A stretch of DNA of 64,000 nt, from contig ML992501.1 of the NCBI GenBank assembly GCA_010093995.1, positions 1,518,566 to 1,582,565 on the forward strand, written 5' to 3'. Positions 60,435 to 64,000 of the stretch are shown piece after piece (the first letter of the stretch is position 1; every line of letters begins with the position of its first letter). Under the pieces are notes generated by a model. That model saw only the letters and a program-made list of their open reading frames with translations, was not told the DNA's origin and did not search any database. The stretch comes from Elsinoe ampelina. Lineage: Eukaryota. Made by a program: the position numbers and the translations under genes.

Positions 60435-62125
60435 TTAATACTAAGCCTTTATTAAAAATTCTATACTACCTTTACTAACGATAGTAACGATTTATTTAGC
60501 TATATTAACCTCTTCTAGAGTGCTCTCTTTAACCTTAGTATATAGAGAGTATATCTATTAACGCTTAAACTTTAATATCTACTACTTTAGACGGATTAAA
60601 AGACTATCGGTAAAGAGCTAGTTATTACGCTACTAAGAGGCTAATATCTAGTAGATACTCTTAAGGTTATAATCTTTACTTTATAGCTATATAAAGATTT
60701 AATTAAGCGCTCGAGCGTGCCGTTTAAAGGCCTTCTTCTTTAAGAGAAAGGCTTTAAAGTCGAATAGTACCTTACTTAAATCGAATTGTAAGCTAATTAG
60801 TAACAATAGAGGAGTAGCTTATATAGCTAGTTAAGTAGGTAGACTACTTTAAGTATTTATATTATTTATATAAACTGTCGAAGGTAAGGTATTTAAGGCT
60901 AAAGTTAGTAGCAAATCTAGTACTCTTTTAACTATAGTAGCTCTAGCCCTCGACTTTATATAGTTAAGCTAAACGCTTACTATAGCTAGAGGTAAGTCGA
61001 TTAAACCTCTACTATTACGGATTGTAGCACTCTAAGTTATCTTAGCTATAGCATTAATAGGGAAGTACTCTTAGTACTAGTTACGCTAATATAAGCCTAT
61101 CCGATTTACATACTAGATATTATTATACTACCACCTATTAAAGCTTAGCGTAGTATTACTTAACACGCTAGAGAGGCTAGATTACTAGCTTAAAGTTACG
61201 CTCCCTCGAGCTTATTACTATAACTATAACTATAACTATAACTCTAGAGGCCTTAGTATTAACTAATCCAGTAGTAACGCTAGTAGTATATTAGCTTTAA
61301 CTAGCATAGAGAGTAGCCTAATAGCATAAGGAGAAATAACTTATAAGGTTACTATAAGTATAGTTAGAGTAGCTAGCTTAGTAAAGGTAACTATAAGAGA
61401 GATAGAGAGTTATAAGTAGCCTCTATTAATCTAGCTTATAAGCTTATCTACTAGCTTTTCTATATTAGCTAGCTTATCTACTATAAGTTTAAAACTCTTA
61501 TTTTTAGCTAGCTTAAAGTAAGTAGCTATTAAGCTTATATTCTCTAGCTTTAAGAGGTTATCTAGTACATCTTTTACCTTACTCTTTAACTATAATACTA
61601 GCTAACTATAATCTAGTACTAATAGTCCCTTTAGTACTTACTTGTTATAGAACTTCTTACTATTTATACTAGCTATTAGTAGTACCTCTATCTCTATCTC
61701 TTTCGGAACTAGTAGTGTAGCTTATATAGAAGGAGAAGAATTAGCCTCTATTAAGGGACTTACCTTAGCCTCTACTAGTAGTGTTAGTAACGTAGTTATT
61801 CTCTAGCTAAAGGGCCTAATATCTTAAGACTAAAGAAGATTACTTACTTAACTTATAAGAGAAGTAAGAAGGCTAATATTATAAGGGGGCTAAGGATAAT
61901 CTACTACTACCTTCTCTACCTTACTCGCTATAATACTAGAGTTATAGCTAAAGGCTTAGCTTACTCTATATACTAGCTAGATGTAATAATAGTATAGAGA
62001 AGGTAACGGAGTTACTACTAGCCTCCTATTTAACCTTAGCGTAACACTAGACAGTTAATAGCCTCGAGGCTAAGGGGTCTTAAAGCGGTTAGTAGAGGGC
62101 ACTATAAAGAGTAACACCTTTATAG
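60435..62125 (-). pseudogene. RIP-mutated second (passenger) gene of the DNA transposon, convergent with the transposase; unknown product
   Basis: ~1.7 kb between the transposase stop and the right TIR with coding-like minus-strand stretches, a (GTTATA)4 repeat at ~61218-61241 compatible with former Gly-Arg repeats, and a GTATGT...TAG intron-like segment near 61114-61050. Boundaries approximate. Confidence 0.45.
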
Positions 62126-62682
62126 TAAGCACAAATTGGTAGTGAAAAATTGATTAGCTAATTAGATTGCGCGCTTCTTTAGCTTTAACTATTAATATCA
62201 ACGACGACGACGACAATTACAAGCCTCTATTAATCTCGACCTTATACGCTTCACCGCCTGCCAAATTTTGGTGCACGAGGGGCGGTCAGCGTCGCCAAGC
62301 CATGGGGTGGCCAGTTTGAACCCGAAAACCCTGTATAAGCGAAGTCTTTGTATCGAACGGTCTTTGACATCTGAATGGCCGCCACGTCGGCATTGCCGAA
62401 GGTATCTCTACTATCTGCCTCGATATTTACAACGTACATCCCGCTTCAACGCATCGTTGGCTCCATAGGGCGATGGAAGGCATGTGCCATCGACCACTCT
62501 CGGACCGGGACATCACGTCACGCTATAGAGACTCTCAAACTCTCTCGGCCGTATGCTCGCGTGTCACACACGTGCGACTTGCCATGCCTCGCAAGGCTGA
62601 CCGATTCAAGCCATGCTCGAATACATGCCGTGAAGATGATGCTGAGCTCAATATTACAACGATTGTCACGCCACGTGCCGCT

Positions 62683-64000
62683 TCAATCCCGCTTGTGGCC
62701 CACTTTACCTATCTTTCTGAGACCAATCAAGCCCATAGCGAGCGTGAGACCGCAGATGCCAAAGTTGAACCAGAATGCACCAATGTAGCCGTCCATGAGA
62801 GCGTCCGGGGAGTGCTTGTCCGGATACAGTGTCCTTGCCGTAACACTGCTGGCGACGACTGCACTGAGAGCGATGCCTACCGACTTGCCGATCTGGCCAA
62901 CGGTATTGAAGACGCCACCTGCGAGCGCTTGTGTCTTGGCTGGGAAGACGGATGTGATGAGTAGGTTGGCGACTGTGAAGAGTGCATCGACGCCGACTGC
63001 GCTCAGAACATTCGCGATGAAACCAGAGGTCCAGAAGCTCGATGACGGCGTGGCAAATGTCATGGCGAGAGGTGCAGCACAGGTGATGAAAAGACCGACA
63101 TTGACCATGAGATTCGCGGAGATGCGGTGCACTAATGCACCTGCAATGATATTCATGGTAAATCCGACGACAGCAGATGGTAAGAAACGCAGTGATGTCT
63201 GTATCGGTGACAGCTTTTGTACTTCCTGGAAGTAAAATGTGAGTAGCGTCTCGACGCTATTAAAGGTGCCCCATGAGAAGAAGACCACAAGACAGATGGT
63301 AGTGAAGTATCTGTTCTTCCACACCGAATTCGGTATGATCGCAGGCCGACCAAGCTTCTCCTGACGACCAACCCAGAGAGTGAACGCAGGTACCAGAGCT
63401 AGGCCAATGGCAAGCAAGGCGATCGTGCTGGGCTCACGAATATTCCGGGTGCTACCAGTGATCGTGGCGAACACGTACGAGGTCATGGCTAACGATGCGC
63501 TTGCCAATCCAGCACCAACCCAATCAATCTCATGAATGATCTGCTGCCGCTTCTCTTGCCAGGTTAGACTACCGGCACCGGTATTCGGGACAGCCCAGAG
63601 GATCAGCGCGATGTTCAGCGCGATGATTCCTGAGCCGATGTAGAAGCCCGCCCTCCAGGTGACAAACTGCGCCAGCACACCACCTAGGACAAGTCCGACC
63701 ACGAAGCCAACAGGCTGACCAGACCCCAGCACCGCAAAAGCCATGTTACGCTGCTTGCCCACGAATGACGAGGTAATAATGCTGACCGCACTCGGTAGGC
63801 AGAACGAGATCGCAACCCCAGTCAGTCCACGAAACAGAACAATCTCGAAGCCATTTCGTGACAGACCACATCCTAGTACAAAGCCAGTCTGGAGAATGGT
63901 ACCCCAGAGATACATCATCTTCGACCCGAGAGCGTCGCAAATTGAGCCCGCAAGGAGAAGCGTGCAACCACATGTGAGAGCCGGTATCGCCACAGGCCTG
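62683..64000 (-). CDS. MFS drug:H+ antiporter-type transporter (14-TMS DHA2/Atr1-like), 5' part outside the window
   Basis: LLLAGSICDALGSK motif A, FRGLTGVAISFCLPSA, WRAGFY, IDWVGA and AGGVFNT; many hydrophobic helices. Confidence 0.92.
   Translation of the reverse strand, partial: RPVAIPALTCGCTLLLAGSICDALGSKMMYLWGTILQTGFVLGCGLSRNGFEIVLFRGLTGVAISFCLPSAVSIITSSFVGKQRNMAFAVLGSGQPVGFVVGLVLGGVLAQFVTWRAGFYIGSGIIALNIALILWAVPNTGAGSLTWQEKRQQIIHEIDWVGAGLASASLAMTSYVFATITGSTRNIREPSTIALLAIGLALVPAFTLWVGRQEKLGRPAIIPNSVWKNRYFTTICLVVFFSWGTFNSVETLLTFYFQEVQKLSPIQTSLRFLPSAVVGFTMNIIAGALVHRISANLMVNVGLFITCAAPLAMTFATPSSSFWTSGFIANVLSAVGVDALFTVANLLITSVFPAKTQALAGGVFNTVGQIGKSVGIALSAVVASSVTARTLYPDKHSPDALMDGYIGAFWFNFGICGLTLAMGLIGLRKIGKVGHKRD

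Larger units (their letters stand above)
34832..62333 (+). mobile_element. Tc1/mariner-IS630 DNA transposon (~3.1 kb once nested inserts are removed), RIP-inactivated; outermost element of the island
   Basis: TIR CAGGGTTTTCGGGTTTAAACTGGCCAC (34832-34858) is the reverse complement of 62307-62333 with one mismatch; both are flanked by TA (34830-31, 62334-35). The rest of the left TIR is at 52260-52280 and ~59307-59335. Confidence 0.9.

Noticed and set aside
34830..62335. Starship or other giant cargo-carrying element
   Set aside because: No tyrosine-recombinase (DUF3435) captain seen; the size is fully explained by nested retroelements inside a small Tc1-like element.

Overview
Filamentous ascomycete (Dothideomycete-like, by inference) genomic DNA with short spliceosomal introns, in three compartments. 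(1) 1-12 kb holds conserved core genes: a Myb-repeat protein, RAD54 and UDP-glucose:glycoprotein glucosyltransferase. (2) 12.5-34 kb is an accessory-looking block: an intronless 1016-aa vWA/Cys-rich protein, five highly diverged co-oriented F-box/LRR-like paralogues (four apparently intact with identical intron positions, one pseudogene), two paralogous secreted Thr-rich PAN/Apple-type proteins, and a Tri101-like acyltransferase. (3) 34.8-62.3 kb is an AT-rich, RIP-mutated island that resolves completely into five nested elements. A ~3.1-kb TA-flanked Tc1/IS630 (DD34E) DNA transposon with a second passenger ORF has its left TIR split by a full-length Tad1-like LINE and by a Ty3/Gypsy element. 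The LINE carries a Ty1/Copia element, which carries another Ty3/Gypsy element. All junctions have recognisable TSDs. A partial MFS transporter gene ends the window. Splice models and de-RIPped translations were made by eye and need confirmation.
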